Shown: positions 1-10,170, numbered from the stretch's first letter. The stretch is 64,000 nucleotides of DNA from an uncultured Poribacteria bacterium (GCA_958296135.2 CATQHZ020000001.1:768001-832000); one strand, 5' to 3'. Numbers and translations are program-made. Notes: generated from the sequence alone by a model not told the origin.

Positions 1-166
1 GTTCTGGGCGTTTTCCTTCCGGCAAATTGGCGATCATCGCGTCTACGTAATTGCGAAGTTCGTCTAGTTCGGGTTCGGTAAAAATCCTACCAAATTTGAG
101 GTAGCCGTTCTCTCGGTAAAATGCCACCTGCTCATCAGATACGGTGGTTTCTAGTTCCCAGTTCAT
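1..166 (-). CDS. Phytanoyl-CoA dioxygenase (PhyH) family protein, N-terminal part (runs off window)
   Basis: Manual translation MNWELETTVSDEQVAFYRENGYLKFGRIFTEPELDELR matches the PhyH N-terminal pattern; RBS GAGGAG upstream. Confidence 0.7.
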   Translation of the reverse strand, partial: MNWELETTVSDEQVAFYRENGYLKFGRIFTEPELDELRNYVDAMIANLPEGKRPE

Positions 167-228
167 TTATTTCTCCTCTCATCAGTATGTATAAAAATGC
201 CAAGTTCTCGCCCTGTCTCGGTTGCGGG

Positions 229-357
229 TTCGCGAGGGACACGCCCTTGCGCTAGGGGAAGGACGAACCTCGCGAGGGACAGGCCCTCGCGCTACGGGTT
301 AAGGGGGGCTCAGTTCTCTGTCGCGGATTCGCGAGGGACAGGCCTTTGCGCAGCGGG
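229..357. repeat. Three GTAG-type REP hairpins (family A, CGCGAGGG-acagg-CCCTCGCG-CTAC)
   Basis: Imperfect palindromes followed by CTAC (GTAG on the other strand); the same unit recurs throughout the window. Confidence 0.8.
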
Positions 358-418
358 TTAAGGGGTGCTGAGGAAAACTATTCCTCCACTTGATTAAGTT
401 TAACACATCAGCAGCATT

Positions 419-447
419 TTGACAAATTGCGGCACTCGTGCTAAAAT
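419..447 (+). promoter_or_regulatory. Sigma70 promoter, probably giving a leaderless glycerate kinase mRNA
   Basis: TTGACA-17 nt-TAAAAT with TGn extension; ATG at 455 lies 7 nt after the -10 and has no SD. Confidence 0.6.
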
Positions 448-454
448 GCCAGTT

Positions 455-1594
455 ATGAAAATCGTAGTTGCACCTGATTCATTCAAAGGCAGCGTCACCG
501 CACTGCAAGCCGCAAGTGCAATGGAGACAGGGCTCCGCCGCATCTTCCCTGATGCCGCCATTGAGAAAATTCCTATGGCAGATGGCGGCGAAGGCACTGT
601 GCAATCCCTCGTCGATGCCACCGGTGGACACCTCCAGACGCGCCGGGTACTTGCGCCCCTCGGAAACGAGGTTGACGCGCAATTCGGCATCCTCGCCGAT
701 GGGGATACCGCTGTCATTGAAATGGCGGCGGCATCTGGATTGACGCTTGTCCCACCGGATAAACGGAATCCTCTCCAGACAACAACTTACGGGACGGGAC
801 AACTGATCTGCGCCGCGCTAGAAGCCGGATGCCGACGCTTGATTATCGGCATCGGCGGCAGTGCTACCAATGATTCGGGCGCGGGCATGGCGGCGGCACT
901 CGGCGCGAAATTGCTGGATGCATCCGCAAACCCGATTCCGCGGGGCGGCGGTGGACTCGGCAAATTGGCGGCGATAGACATCACCGGTTTACATCCCGCC
1001 ATCGCCGATACAGAAACCGTCGTCGCTTGTGATGTCAACAACCCTTTGACGGGTCCAGAAGGTGCATCGCACGTTTATGGGCCGCAAAAAGGTGCGACTC
1101 TGGAAATGATTGAAACGCTAGACGCGCACCTCGCGCATTTTGACGCAGTTTTAGCGAGAACACTTGGCAAGTCGTTTGGTGCTATTCCCGGCGCAGGTGC
1201 CGCCGGCGGGTTAGGTGCTGGCCTCATGGCGTTCCTCAACGCCGAATTGCGCCTCGGTGTTGACATCATGATCGATGCTGTGAAATTCAAGGAACGCGTG
1301 AAAGGTGCCTCCCTCGTCTTTACCGGTGAAGGACAACTTGATTTTCAGACAGCGTTCGGCAAAACGCCTGTCGGTGTAGCCAAGGTGGCGAAGGCACACA
1401 ATATCCCTGTCATCGCTATTGCTGGGGGCATCGCCGAGGGTGCCGAGGCTGTGTATGACGCTGGCATCGATGCGATGTTGGGCATCGTCCAAGAACCGAT
1501 GTCACTTGAGCTCGCTGTCGCGGATGCGTCGCGATTAATTGCGGATACCGCTGAGCGTGCGGCACGCTTGATGGCGATCGGCCAGAAGTTTTAA
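455..1594 (+). CDS. glxK: Glycerate kinase (GlxK/GarK family)
   Basis: MKIVVAPDSFKGS, PMADGGEGT, GIGGSATND, GAGAAGGLG, TGEG motifs. Confidence 0.93.
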   Translation: MKIVVAPDSFKGSVTALQAASAMETGLRRIFPDAAIEKIPMADGGEGTVQSLVDATGGHLQTRRVLAPLGNEVDAQFGILADGDTAVIEMAAASGLTLVPPDKRNPLQTTTYGTGQLICAALEAGCRRLIIGIGGSATNDSGAGMAAALGAKLLDASANPIPRGGGGLGKLAAIDITGLHPAIADTETVVACDVNNPLTGPEGASHVYGPQKGATLEMIETLDAHLAHFDAVLARTLGKSFGAIPGAGAAGGLGAGLMAFLNAELRLGVDIMIDAVKFKERVKGASLVFTGEGQLDFQTAFGKTPVGVAKVAKAHNIPVIAIAGGIAEGAEAVYDAGIDAMLGIVQEPMSLELAVADASRLIADTAERAARLMAIGQKF

Positions 1595-1663
1595 TAGGAA
1601 CGTAGTTTCGGCGTGATGTCCCTCGCTCTACGGTAAGAGGGGGCTTATACCAAAAGAGCACGC

Positions 1664-3001
1664 CTACCGCAGCAACACCGGTGTATCTTTCAAAAAATCG
1701 TTCGTCTCGATTTGCCACATTTGCATATCGGCGGCAAGTGATTGGACGCGGTCTGCGTGTTCTGGCGATGCTGATAGATCGGTTGTTTCGCTCGGGTCGT
1801 TCGCCAGATCGAAGAGTTGGATGCAGTTCGTCCCCGCTCCTGTCTCTTTGGAAACATAGTAACGGATGAGTTTCCAACGTCCATCGCTGACGGTGCGCTG
1901 AATGTCGCGATAGGCGGCGAAAACAGTCTCGCGAACGCGTTCTACGCTGCCATTCATCAACGGCACTAAACTTCTCCCCTCAACCGTATCCGGACACGCC
2001 ACTTCAGTTAACTCACAAACGGTAGGAAATACGTCGTAGAGATAGGTTAATGCGTCGACCGTTTTGCCTTCGGGGATACCTGGGCCAGCGAAGATTGATG
2101 GCACGCGGATGCTGTGGCTATAGAGGTTCTGTTTGCCTAACAGTCCGTGTTGTCCGACGGCTAACCCGTGGTCAGCGGTGTAAATGATAAGCGTGTTTTC
2201 CAGTTGTCCGATGGCTTCCAGCGTTTTCAGCACGCGCCCGATTTCGGTATCCATGTGCGAGATCATGCCGTAATAGTCGGCGATGTGTTGCTGCACAATT
2301 TCTGGGGTGCGCGGGAACGGTGCCAACACTTCGTCTCGGATGCGCATTTCGCCGTTGTCAAACGGATGTTCTGGCATGAAGTTTTCAGGGACCGGCATCT
2401 CTTCGGGCGGGTACATCGCGTCGTATTCGGCGGGCGGCGTTCTCGGGTCATGCGGTGAAGTAAACGCAAGGTAGAGGAAGAACGGGTTAGCCGCGTCGTA
2501 TTCCTGCAAGAATTGCACCGCCGCGTCGGTGAACATCTCGGTAGAAAACTTTTCGCCGATGTATTTCGCCGCGTTCGGGTAGGCACCGCTTGCGTCATAA
2601 TCGTAGATGGGGACTTCAAAATGACTGCTCATCCCGCCGAAGAAAATCTTGGCACCGTCAGCGAAACTGTTAGTGAATGTCTGTTTGTCGTTATGCCATT
2701 TTCCCGTTGCGAAGGTGTGATACCCCGCTTCGCGCATCACCTGCGGCCACACGGCAAGTTCTCGATTAATTTCCTGCATTCCGCTGCGAAACAGATTTGC
2801 GCTGGTTAGCACAGCGGCTCGGCTCGGCACACAGACTGCACCGACAAGTGAGCCCATGATGTGCGTTTGTCGGAATGTCGTCCCGCGCGCCATGAGTGAA
2901 TTGAGGATAGGCGTTTGCACCGTTGCATCGCCCATCGTGCCGATGGCATCGAACCGATGGTCATCGGCTATCATGAAAAGAATGTTGGGTTGTGTAGGCA
3001 T
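1664..3001 (-). CDS. Sulfatase (choline-sulfatase-like)
   Basis: PNILFMIADD, formylglycine motif CVPSR, GKWH, DHG...KQNLY. Confidence 0.92.
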   Translation of the reverse strand: MPTQPNILFMIADDHRFDAIGTMGDATVQTPILNSLMARGTTFRQTHIMGSLVGAVCVPSRAAVLTSANLFRSGMQEINRELAVWPQVMREAGYHTFATGKWHNDKQTFTNSFADGAKIFFGGMSSHFEVPIYDYDASGAYPNAAKYIGEKFSTEMFTDAAVQFLQEYDAANPFFLYLAFTSPHDPRTPPAEYDAMYPPEEMPVPENFMPEHPFDNGEMRIRDEVLAPFPRTPEIVQQHIADYYGMISHMDTEIGRVLKTLEAIGQLENTLIIYTADHGLAVGQHGLLGKQNLYSHSIRVPSIFAGPGIPEGKTVDALTYLYDVFPTVCELTEVACPDTVEGRSLVPLMNGSVERVRETVFAAYRDIQRTVSDGRWKLIRYYVSKETGAGTNCIQLFDLANDPSETTDLSASPEHADRVQSLAADMQMWQIETNDFLKDTPVLLR

Positions 3002-3059
3002 GTTTTTATCCTATAGATATTAGTTTTATCGGAATTGGTTCCAGAGGCATTCAGTTTCG

Positions 3060-3160
3060 TTTTTTGATATCATCCGTGAAAATCCACAACAGCCCCGTTC
3101 TATAGGGCAGGATCGCCTGATTCTGACATGGTTGAGACCGGGCGATCGCAAACTACAGAA
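3060..3160. repeat. ~100 bp dispersed repeat (family D); inverted copy near 39232-39332, partial copy near 5993-6036
   Basis: Shared TTTTTGA..TC.TCCGTGAAAATC.ACAAC.G...GGGCAGG.TCGCCTGA...GGCGA...AACTACAG. Confidence 0.65.
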
Positions 3161-3280
3161 GAGGGAGAACTGAATAACTCTGAGTATAGCATAGTTTGCG
3201 GAAAAATGGAAATTTTTCTTGATTCTTAAACTATTTTGCGATATGATTCGTTACCGATGTTTACTAGGAGGAATGAAACG

Positions 3281-4597
3281 ATGCTGACGCATATCAGTAT
3301 GAAAAACTTCAAATCGTGGGCAGACAGCGGACAGGTGAAACTCGCGCCGCTGACCGGCTTTTTCGGCGCGAACAGTTCCGGCAAAAGTAGCCTTCTCCAA
3401 ATGCTGCTGCTCCTCAAGCAGACAATCCGGAGCGAAGAGGTGTTATTCTTCGGCGACGAAAATTCACTCGTCAACCTCGGCAGCTTTGACGAAGTGATTC
3501 ATTGCCATAACCGAGTAGCACAGCTTGAGTTGGAATTTGGCTGTGAGCTCCGAGAACCGCGTCCGATTGTCATCTCTTTGGAAGAGGGACTATTGGACGA
3601 AACAATGATAGATGGTTTCACTTTCAACACGGTGCTCAGCGCGAGATATGGCGAACCGCTTGTTCAACGTTTTCAATACGTTGCACCGGGTGATGTCCCG
3701 CACATGATATGGAACGCTTCTGGTTACAGAGAAGGAGATCTAATTCTCAATGGACATAACTTGGGATATGCCGCGGTCGAAACCTGCTACGGAATACCAT
3801 CGTGGAGCGACAGGCCCGAGACAACATGGGATCGAACATTTTTAAGGGAATTTTCATCTCTCTTTGAGGCGTTCTTTTCCGATCTCTATTATCTCGCCTC
3901 AACTCGGGCTGAGCCGCGGCGGCAAGATCGGTGGGAAGGGGAGCATCCCATAGACGTGGGGCAACGGGGACATGATGTCATTAGCGCGCTCCTTTCCGCG
4001 CGCGTTAAACATCTGGGACAGAATGAGAAACACATATCTGCGTGGCTCCAGAAAATGAAATTAGCGCATTCCTTTTCGCTTGATAATCACGGCGACGATG
4101 GAAAGGACTACGAAATTCGCATCCGAAAAAATGCTGAAAGCCCCGCAGTGACGCTGGTTGACATGGGATATGGGTTGTCGCAGTTTTTACCGGTGCTAGT
4201 GCTTTGCTATTACGTGCCGAAGGGTTCGATGTTGATTTTGGAACAGCCCGGTATCCATCTGCATCCGATGGTGCAGTCTCAACTCGCCGACCTGCTGATA
4301 GAGGTTGTCACCGAACGCGGCCTGCAGGTTATCGTGGAGAGCCACAGCGAGCATCTGTTGGTGCGCCTGCAACGCCGCATCGCCGAAGGAAAGGTTTGCC
4401 GCGACAAAGTCGGGCTCTATTTTTGCCGCAACGATGAGGCAGAGGGAGTTTCTAGTTTGGAACCGTTAGAGGTAGACAGGGTGGGTAACATCCGCAACTG
4501 GCCGGAGAACTTTTTCGGAGATGTGATGGGCGACATGTTTGCCATAACTGACGCACAAGCGGCACAACTGAAACGTCAGGAAGAAGGGGGGAATTGA
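3281..4597 (+). CDS. AAA/ABC-type ATPase (AAA_15/AAA_21 with DUF3696-like C terminus)
   Basis: NFKSW, Walker A GANSSGKS, signature MGYGLSQ, LILEQPGIHLHP, IVESHSEH, C-terminal NWPENFFG; RBS AGGAGG. Confidence 0.88.
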   Translation: MLTHISMKNFKSWADSGQVKLAPLTGFFGANSSGKSSLLQMLLLLKQTIRSEEVLFFGDENSLVNLGSFDEVIHCHNRVAQLELEFGCELREPRPIVISLEEGLLDETMIDGFTFNTVLSARYGEPLVQRFQYVAPGDVPHMIWNASGYREGDLILNGHNLGYAAVETCYGIPSWSDRPETTWDRTFLREFSSLFEAFFSDLYYLASTRAEPRRQDRWEGEHPIDVGQRGHDVISALLSARVKHLGQNEKHISAWLQKMKLAHSFSLDNHGDDGKDYEIRIRKNAESPAVTLVDMGYGLSQFLPVLVLCYYVPKGSMLILEQPGIHLHPMVQSQLADLLIEVVTERGLQVIVESHSEHLLVRLQRRIAEGKVCRDKVGLYFCRNDEAEGVSSLEPLEVDRVGNIRNWPENFFGDVMGDMFAITDAQAAQLKRQEEGGN

Positions 4598-5157
4598 TGG
4601 CGGCAGTTATCATTGATACGAACGTTATCGTCGTTGCAAACACGGAGATTCGGGAGGATGAAAACGGCAAACTTGTCGCAGTAGGCATGGCAGATCATGC
4701 TACGCCGGATTGCATCATTACTTGCAAAAATCGGCTGGATCAGATTCGCGGCGGCTCCACAAAGGTAGTCCTTGACGATAAGGAGCGGCTTACCCGAGAA
4801 TACCGGCGGTACGTAAGAGACCTGCGGCGCAGCCGTTCGCAGCAAAATCGCGCCGGAGATCTGTTTTGGGCCTGGTTAATGCGGATTCAGTGGCTTCCGG
4901 AAAAGTGCAAGATGGTGCATATCACGCCACTGCAGGGAAACGGCACCGAATTTGAAGAGTTCCCTGACGATGCCGAGTTGAGCGAATTTGACCCGGCCGA
5001 TAGGAAATTCATCGCGGTGGCAATTGCTTATACGCGCGACACTCAGCAGACAGCCCCTATCTTGCAAGCGGTGGATACAAAATGGGAAGGCTTCATTGAG
5101 GCACTGCAGCGACGCGGCGTGAAAGTTGAGCAGATCTGTAAACCTGATCTGGCATAG
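4597..5157 (+). CDS. PIN-like domain protein, translationally coupled to the ATPase
   Basis: VIIDTNV near the N terminus, DPADRKFIAVA and a later D; TGATG stop/start overlap. Confidence 0.72.
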   Translation: MAAVIIDTNVIVVANTEIREDENGKLVAVGMADHATPDCIITCKNRLDQIRGGSTKVVLDDKERLTREYRRYVRDLRRSRSQQNRAGDLFWAWLMRIQWLPEKCKMVHITPLQGNGTEFEEFPDDAELSEFDPADRKFIAVAIAYTRDTQQTAPILQAVDTKWEGFIEALQRRGVKVEQICKPDLA

Positions 5158-5164
5158 TTCTCAT

Positions 5165-5938
5165 CTACCTCCGATCAACAGCCTCAAAGAAATCACCATT
5201 TGACGCGCTGAAGCCGAGTTGTTGTTCTACCTCCCGAATGGCAATTTCTGTGGTGAACAGCGTATCAAACGTGTCAGGAAATTCCACTCCCGTTGTGGCA
5301 TCTCGGAGCAGGACAATGTTGTAGCCGTAGCGCGCCATTGAGCGGATACCGTAGTCTCTGCCTAAAACACACCAGTTCGTCGCGAAACCGGCGTAGAGCA
5401 GATGCAAAATTTGCCGTTCCTCCAACAATTCATGCAATTGTGTCCCGGTGGCGATGACAAAATCGTCGGCTTGAACGTCAATTGCCGGAGAGACAGCGAG
5501 TTCTGATTCAAGTTTGTCCCAATGCACACCGATACCCGGCGGTTGACTGCGCGGGCCGCGGTAAACGGCATAGTCGCCTTCGCGAGCGCGGAACGCCGTG
5601 GGCGGCCACGTCGATGGCACAGACGGTTCAGGCGGTTTATGTCGTTGGAGTTGCGGATACTGCGCCGCCACCGGTGGAGAGGGAGCATGAACGATTGTCA
5701 CACCGGCTCTCCGGGCGGCATCTATCACTGGAACGACACAGTCAACCGTTATCTGTTTTGCCCGTTCGATCCAACTTTCAATGAAATGCACGTTCCACAG
5801 GTCAACAAGCACGAGTGCTGTTTGTGCAACAGGCATCGGCATCTCAAATTCGCGACGGATGAAGTGCGTCTCACGGCACGGGACATCAGCCGGGGTGCTA
5901 TCTTGGAAGTAGCGGACGCGTAAATTGAGTTCTCTCAT
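5165..5938 (-). CDS. Isochorismatase/cysteine hydrolase family protein
   Basis: TALVLVDLWN, YAGFATNWCV, VLLRDAT; start moved to MRELNL. Confidence 0.8.
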   Translation of the reverse strand: MRELNLRVRYFQDSTPADVPCRETHFIRREFEMPMPVAQTALVLVDLWNVHFIESWIERAKQITVDCVVPVIDAARRAGVTIVHAPSPPVAAQYPQLQRHKPPEPSVPSTWPPTAFRAREGDYAVYRGPRSQPPGIGVHWDKLESELAVSPAIDVQADDFVIATGTQLHELLEERQILHLLYAGFATNWCVLGRDYGIRSMARYGYNIVLLRDATTGVEFPDTFDTLFTTEIAIREVEQQLGFSASNGDFFEAVDRR

Positions 5939-6097
5939 GTTTTGATTTCCGATTGGCTGAGTTTGGGCGGGTATCATAGGTATTCCGTTATCCGTTTTTG
6001 ATTTCATCCGTGAAAATGAACAACGGAGCCGCTACAGTATCTTGTGTCCGGTAAGCGCGCTTTGAAAGCGCGCCTACGGGGTTCGGCCGTGGCCGTC

Positions 6098-8245
6098 CTA
6101 TTCCTGAAACAGCGATTCGTCCAGGTCGGCGTTCAGCGTAACCTGCGATATCCAACTCTCTGTGAAGAGCTCCCCATCTACGTTTTGGACGACATGATGC
6201 GTGACTTTGATGCCATCGACATCACGGTAATCGTCAAAGAACGTTTCCCGATTGGCAGTAACGCCCTGCGAAGTTTCGCGGAAACCCATTTTTACAACGT
6301 AGTGCGTTTCTTTGCTAATGAAGAGACGGAGCATTTCACCCGAAGGCTGTGTGACGAGCAGCACGGCCGCTGGCGTTCCCTCCACTTCTTCTGTGCCGGC
6401 GTATTGCATTGGGATATCGTTCAGCGAGAGATTCGTCAGAAGCCAGATGGTTTCACGAAAAACGCTGTCTCTGTAGGTGTTCACCATCTCAGGCGGCAGC
6501 GGTTGCACGCCCATCTGGGTTTTCATGACTGCGGTTTCGCCATCAAAAATCTGGCTCATCTCGCCTACCTGCGGGATGGACATGTCTTGCCGGAACTTGT
6601 CAGGGTAGAGGTAATATGACGTGCCTTCTATCTGCATCGGCCCGTTCGGCGTGTTGGCTGCGGTTCTGCCTTTCACCACAACGTTCTTCACCGCTTGCAG
6701 TCTCTCAATTCCGCCGTGTGCTTCGATGGCGGCGGCGAGAATTTCGTTCGCTTTTGCGATGTCTGCCTCGTTCGTCTCAGGCATTGGTTCCGCGGTGGGC
6801 GGCTCAGGACGCGCTATCTTAATCTCGTTCACCTCGCCGAATTCACTCAGCTGCCGGTCGAAGCTGGCCTTATTGCCGACGGTGACGATAGTGAGTGCGT
6901 CGGGGTGGAGATATTTCTGCGCCACGTGCCGCACGTCTTCCGTTGTCACTTTTGCGATGTTATCGCTGAACGTTTCAAGGAAATCGGGTGCGTAACCGCG
7001 AAACGCCAGCATCATCTGCTGAAAGGCGATCTGGTTGCTGCTGTCAAACTGAAAGACGAACGAATTGATGAGCGAGTCCTTTGTGCGCTGCAGTTCGTTT
7101 TCCGGTACGGGTGTTTCCCGCAAATCGCTGACGATGTCAATGATGAGCGAGATGGCTTCGGCGGTTTTGTCGGCGCGTGTCTGTGAATACGCGAACCACT
7201 CACCTGGATTCGTGTAATAACTCGTCTGCATCAGACTGCCCACCATATAGGCGAGCCCGTGCTTTTCGCGCACCTCTTTCATTAACCGGGACGTAAACCC
7301 GCCTTCGCCGAGAATCTCGTTCATCACGCGGAGCGCGAAGTAGTCCGGAAAATCAGGCGTGCGTTTGATGCCGAAATGCCCGATTAACATCGTCGTCTGG
7401 TTCAGATCCTTGAAAATGTAGTTGACAGAAGGTTCCTGCGCGTTTTCTACCAGCGGCACTTCCGGAAACTCGATTTCCTTGTTTTCCCATCCTTCAAACA
7501 CCTTCTCCAGTTGCGCGATGAGCATCTCCATGTCAAAATCGCCGGTAATCGCGAGACTGATGTTGTCAGGCTGGTAATATTTGGCATGGAACGCCTTCAG
7601 ATCTTCAACGGTGATGCTCTCTACGCCTTCAATTTCAGAATACCGTCCGAACGGATGGTCTGCTCCGTAGAGCAGTGCTGAGAAGTTGCGCCATGCTAAT
7701 TGAATAGGATTGTCGTTTCTGCGGCGGATTGCCTCGATCGCCTGCTGTTTGCGAAGTGCCAGTTTGTCCTCACGAAACGCCGGGTTCATGAGGACATCGG
7801 CGAAGAGCTCCAATCCCTTGTCGATATCCTCGGCGAGGGTTGAGAGGCTCATACCGCCATATTCCGCGGACATGCTGATTTCAACGGCGGCGGCCATCGA
7901 TTCCAATTCCTCGTTGAGTCCATCGGGTTCGCGGGATAGGGTGCCGCCGGTGCGCATGACGCTGGCGAAGATGGATGCCAATCCGACTTTATCCGCAGGT
8001 TCATAGATACTGCCCGTTTTGATTAAGCCGCTGATGTTGAAGAGCGGTAATTCCCGGTCTTCCAGCAGATAGAGTTTCATCCCGTTTGAGAGTTCGCGCT
8101 GTTCCGGGACAGGCGGTTTGAATTGGATAGGTTCAAACGTGAGTTCTTCGTGCGGTTTTGCGGTTGTCGGCAGGGTTACGTACAGCATCGCCAAGGCGAT
8201 GAGTATCGCGAGGCCCAACCACATGATTGCGTTTCGGTTCTTCAT
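6098..8245 (-). CDS. M16B peptidase non-catalytic subunit with signal peptide and extra C-terminal beta-rich domain
   Basis: LSNGMKLYL, GGFTSRL...REKHGLAY; no HXXEH; ~230 aa C-terminal extension resembling lipoprotein-sorting-type folds. Confidence 0.85.
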   Translation of the reverse strand: MKNRNAIMWLGLAILIALAMLYVTLPTTAKPHEELTFEPIQFKPPVPEQRELSNGMKLYLLEDRELPLFNISGLIKTGSIYEPADKVGLASIFASVMRTGGTLSREPDGLNEELESMAAAVEISMSAEYGGMSLSTLAEDIDKGLELFADVLMNPAFREDKLALRKQQAIEAIRRRNDNPIQLAWRNFSALLYGADHPFGRYSEIEGVESITVEDLKAFHAKYYQPDNISLAITGDFDMEMLIAQLEKVFEGWENKEIEFPEVPLVENAQEPSVNYIFKDLNQTTMLIGHFGIKRTPDFPDYFALRVMNEILGEGGFTSRLMKEVREKHGLAYMVGSLMQTSYYTNPGEWFAYSQTRADKTAEAISLIIDIVSDLRETPVPENELQRTKDSLINSFVFQFDSSNQIAFQQMMLAFRGYAPDFLETFSDNIAKVTTEDVRHVAQKYLHPDALTIVTVGNKASFDRQLSEFGEVNEIKIARPEPPTAEPMPETNEADIAKANEILAAAIEAHGGIERLQAVKNVVVKGRTAANTPNGPMQIEGTSYYLYPDKFRQDMSIPQVGEMSQIFDGETAVMKTQMGVQPLPPEMVNTYRDSVFRETIWLLTNLSLNDIPMQYAGTEEVEGTPAAVLLVTQPSGEMLRLFISKETHYVVKMGFRETSQGVTANRETFFDDYRDVDGIKVTHHVVQNVDGELFTESWISQVTLNADLDESLFQE

Positions 8246-9744
8246 TCGGTGTTCTCCTTGTCGGGAGTCTTCTTAATCAGGGTGGCGACGGTCCTGTTGC
8301 TTTTCGTAAAATAGGTTTTCGCCGTTTTCATGATGTCTTCCGGCGTGATTTGATACATCTTTTCGCGCCAATCGAGGATATACCGCCAGTCCCCGGCGAT
8401 GCCCTCATAGAAGGCTAGCTGCCGCGCCATGCCTGCGTTTGAGCTGAGCGCGCGGATGAAGCCGGCATCTACCTGCTTCAGAATCCGTTTAAATTCCTTT
8501 TCCTCCACTGGTTCCGTCTTTAGCCGTTCCAACTCCGCGTAAATTGCTTCTTCAACGTCAGCCGTTGTGTTGGGTGAGCGCGGGGCGGCATCAATCACAA
8601 AGAGATTGTCGTAGCGCGCGCCGGGGTAGCCGTTGCTGGCATCGACAGAAATGGCGATTCCCTTTTCGACGATGTTCTTGTAAAACCGCGAGGTGCGTCC
8701 ATCTGACAGAATCGCGCTAATCATGTCCAGCACATAGTCGTCAAAGTGCGGGATAGTGGGTTTATGATACCCCATCATGAGTTGCGGTTCCGCGTCAAAT
8801 GCCACTTCGATGCGGCGTTCACCTTCCTGCGGGGGTTCGTCTACCGTCACTTCCGATGGTAACTGTTGCGAAGGGATGTCGCCGAAGTACTTGTCGATGA
8901 GTTGAATGGTATCCTCAACGTTAATATCGCCGACGATTACCATCACGGAGTTATTGGGTGCGTAGTGGATGCGGAAGAACTCGGCTGCTTTCCGCCTGTT
9001 GAGCATTGCGATGTCCGAGGGCCATCCGATAATCGGCATGCCGTAGGGGTGCGCGGTGAAAGCGGCTGCGATGAATTGCTCATACAGTTTGCCGCCCGGG
9101 TCGGTGTCCACGCGCATCCGCCGTTCCTCTTTGACGGCCTCGCGTTCCACATAAAACTCGCGCAAAACGGCGTTTTTAAGCCGGTCGGATTCCAGCATCG
9201 CCCACAACTCTAACTTGTTTGATGGCAATGCGACGGTGTAAATCGTATAGTCCACGGAGGTGCCGGCGTTGAAGCCGGTGCTGCCGTGTTGCGTATAGAT
9301 TTCGGTGTATTCGCCGGGGACAATCCATTCTTTGGCGGCTTCCTGCTGCGCTTTGAGTTCCGCCGCCAATTCGGCGATTTTTTCAGCATCGGCGCGAGAA
9401 CCTTTCGCGCGTTCCATGTCTAGCGCGTCGCCTATCCGGTCGATCTCTGCCAGCACCGCTTTCTCCTGCTCGTAATCTTTCGTGCCGATAGTCTTCGTGC
9501 CTTTGAACAGCATGTGCTCTAACATGTGCGCGATGCCGCGCGCGTCGTCAGACTCGTCCACGGAACCGGCTTTAAATAGGAGATACGGCGCAACCGTCGG
9601 TGAAGTGTGCCGTTCTATCATGAGCAGTTTCAAGCCGTTCGGGTAGGTATGTTCTACCACCCGGTCTGCCAGATTTTGCGCTGAGACAGCCCCGTGCAAG
9701 ATTACCAGCACGAGGAGCATCAGCCATCGAGTGATGTGTTTCAT
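8242..9744 (-). CDS. M16 zinc peptidase, catalytic subunit
   Basis: GIAHMLEHMLFKGT (HXXEH), FNAGTS, EERRMR; signal peptide; overlaps partner gene (ATGA). Confidence 0.92.
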   Translation of the reverse strand: MKHITRWLMLLVLVILHGAVSAQNLADRVVEHTYPNGLKLLMIERHTSPTVAPYLLFKAGSVDESDDARGIAHMLEHMLFKGTKTIGTKDYEQEKAVLAEIDRIGDALDMERAKGSRADAEKIAELAAELKAQQEAAKEWIVPGEYTEIYTQHGSTGFNAGTSVDYTIYTVALPSNKLELWAMLESDRLKNAVLREFYVEREAVKEERRMRVDTDPGGKLYEQFIAAAFTAHPYGMPIIGWPSDIAMLNRRKAAEFFRIHYAPNNSVMVIVGDINVEDTIQLIDKYFGDIPSQQLPSEVTVDEPPQEGERRIEVAFDAEPQLMMGYHKPTIPHFDDYVLDMISAILSDGRTSRFYKNIVEKGIAISVDASNGYPGARYDNLFVIDAAPRSPNTTADVEEAIYAELERLKTEPVEEKEFKRILKQVDAGFIRALSSNAGMARQLAFYEGIAGDWRYILDWREKMYQITPEDIMKTAKTYFTKSNRTVATLIKKTPDKENTE

Positions 9745-9771
9745 TTTTGTCTCCTTTCTGTAGTTGACTGG

Positions 9772-9797
9772 TAGGCGCGCTTTGAAAGCGCGCCTAC
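9772..9797. repeat. Perfect palindromic REP family B (GTAGGCGCGCTTTGAAAGCGCGCCTAC); further copies near 6051, 18502, 20486, 28600, 39422, 45218, 51743, 59883, 60580, 62246
   Basis: Same palindrome seen at gene ends across the window. Confidence 0.85.
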
Positions 9798-9811
9798 CGA
9801 TAACAAGCTAT

Positions 9812-10069
9812 TTACCCTTTGGCCAGGTCACCGAGTAACCCGACGAGGGCAAAACGGACGTGCGACGAGAGCGCGGAGTTCTCCGCGCGAAGGTCTGCGC
9901 CTTCCTCGTCCGGATACATCACGTGTTGCGCCACGGCGCGTTTGACCCACCGTTCCGCCCGGTCATCGTAGGGGATGTACTTCTCTTTCGGTGCCGCGCA
10001 AGCCGGACACTCTTCAGGTGGGCTATCCGCTTCTGTCCACAGATAGCCGCATGCTACACAAACAAACAT
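9812..10069 (-). CDS. Rubredoxin-like small protein
   Basis: CVACGY...PPEECPACAAPKEK; RBS GAGGAG. Confidence 0.75.
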   Translation of the reverse strand: MFVCVACGYLWTEADSPPEECPACAAPKEKYIPYDDRAERWVKRAVAQHVMYPDEEGADLRAENSALSSHVRFALVGLLGDLAKG

Positions 10070-10170
10070 TGCGAACTCCTCTCTTTTGGAAAAAATTATG
10101 AATGTTCCTATTTTAGCAAATTTCCTATTGCAATGCAAGGTTTAATTTATTTGCAATAAACTGTGCGTAA

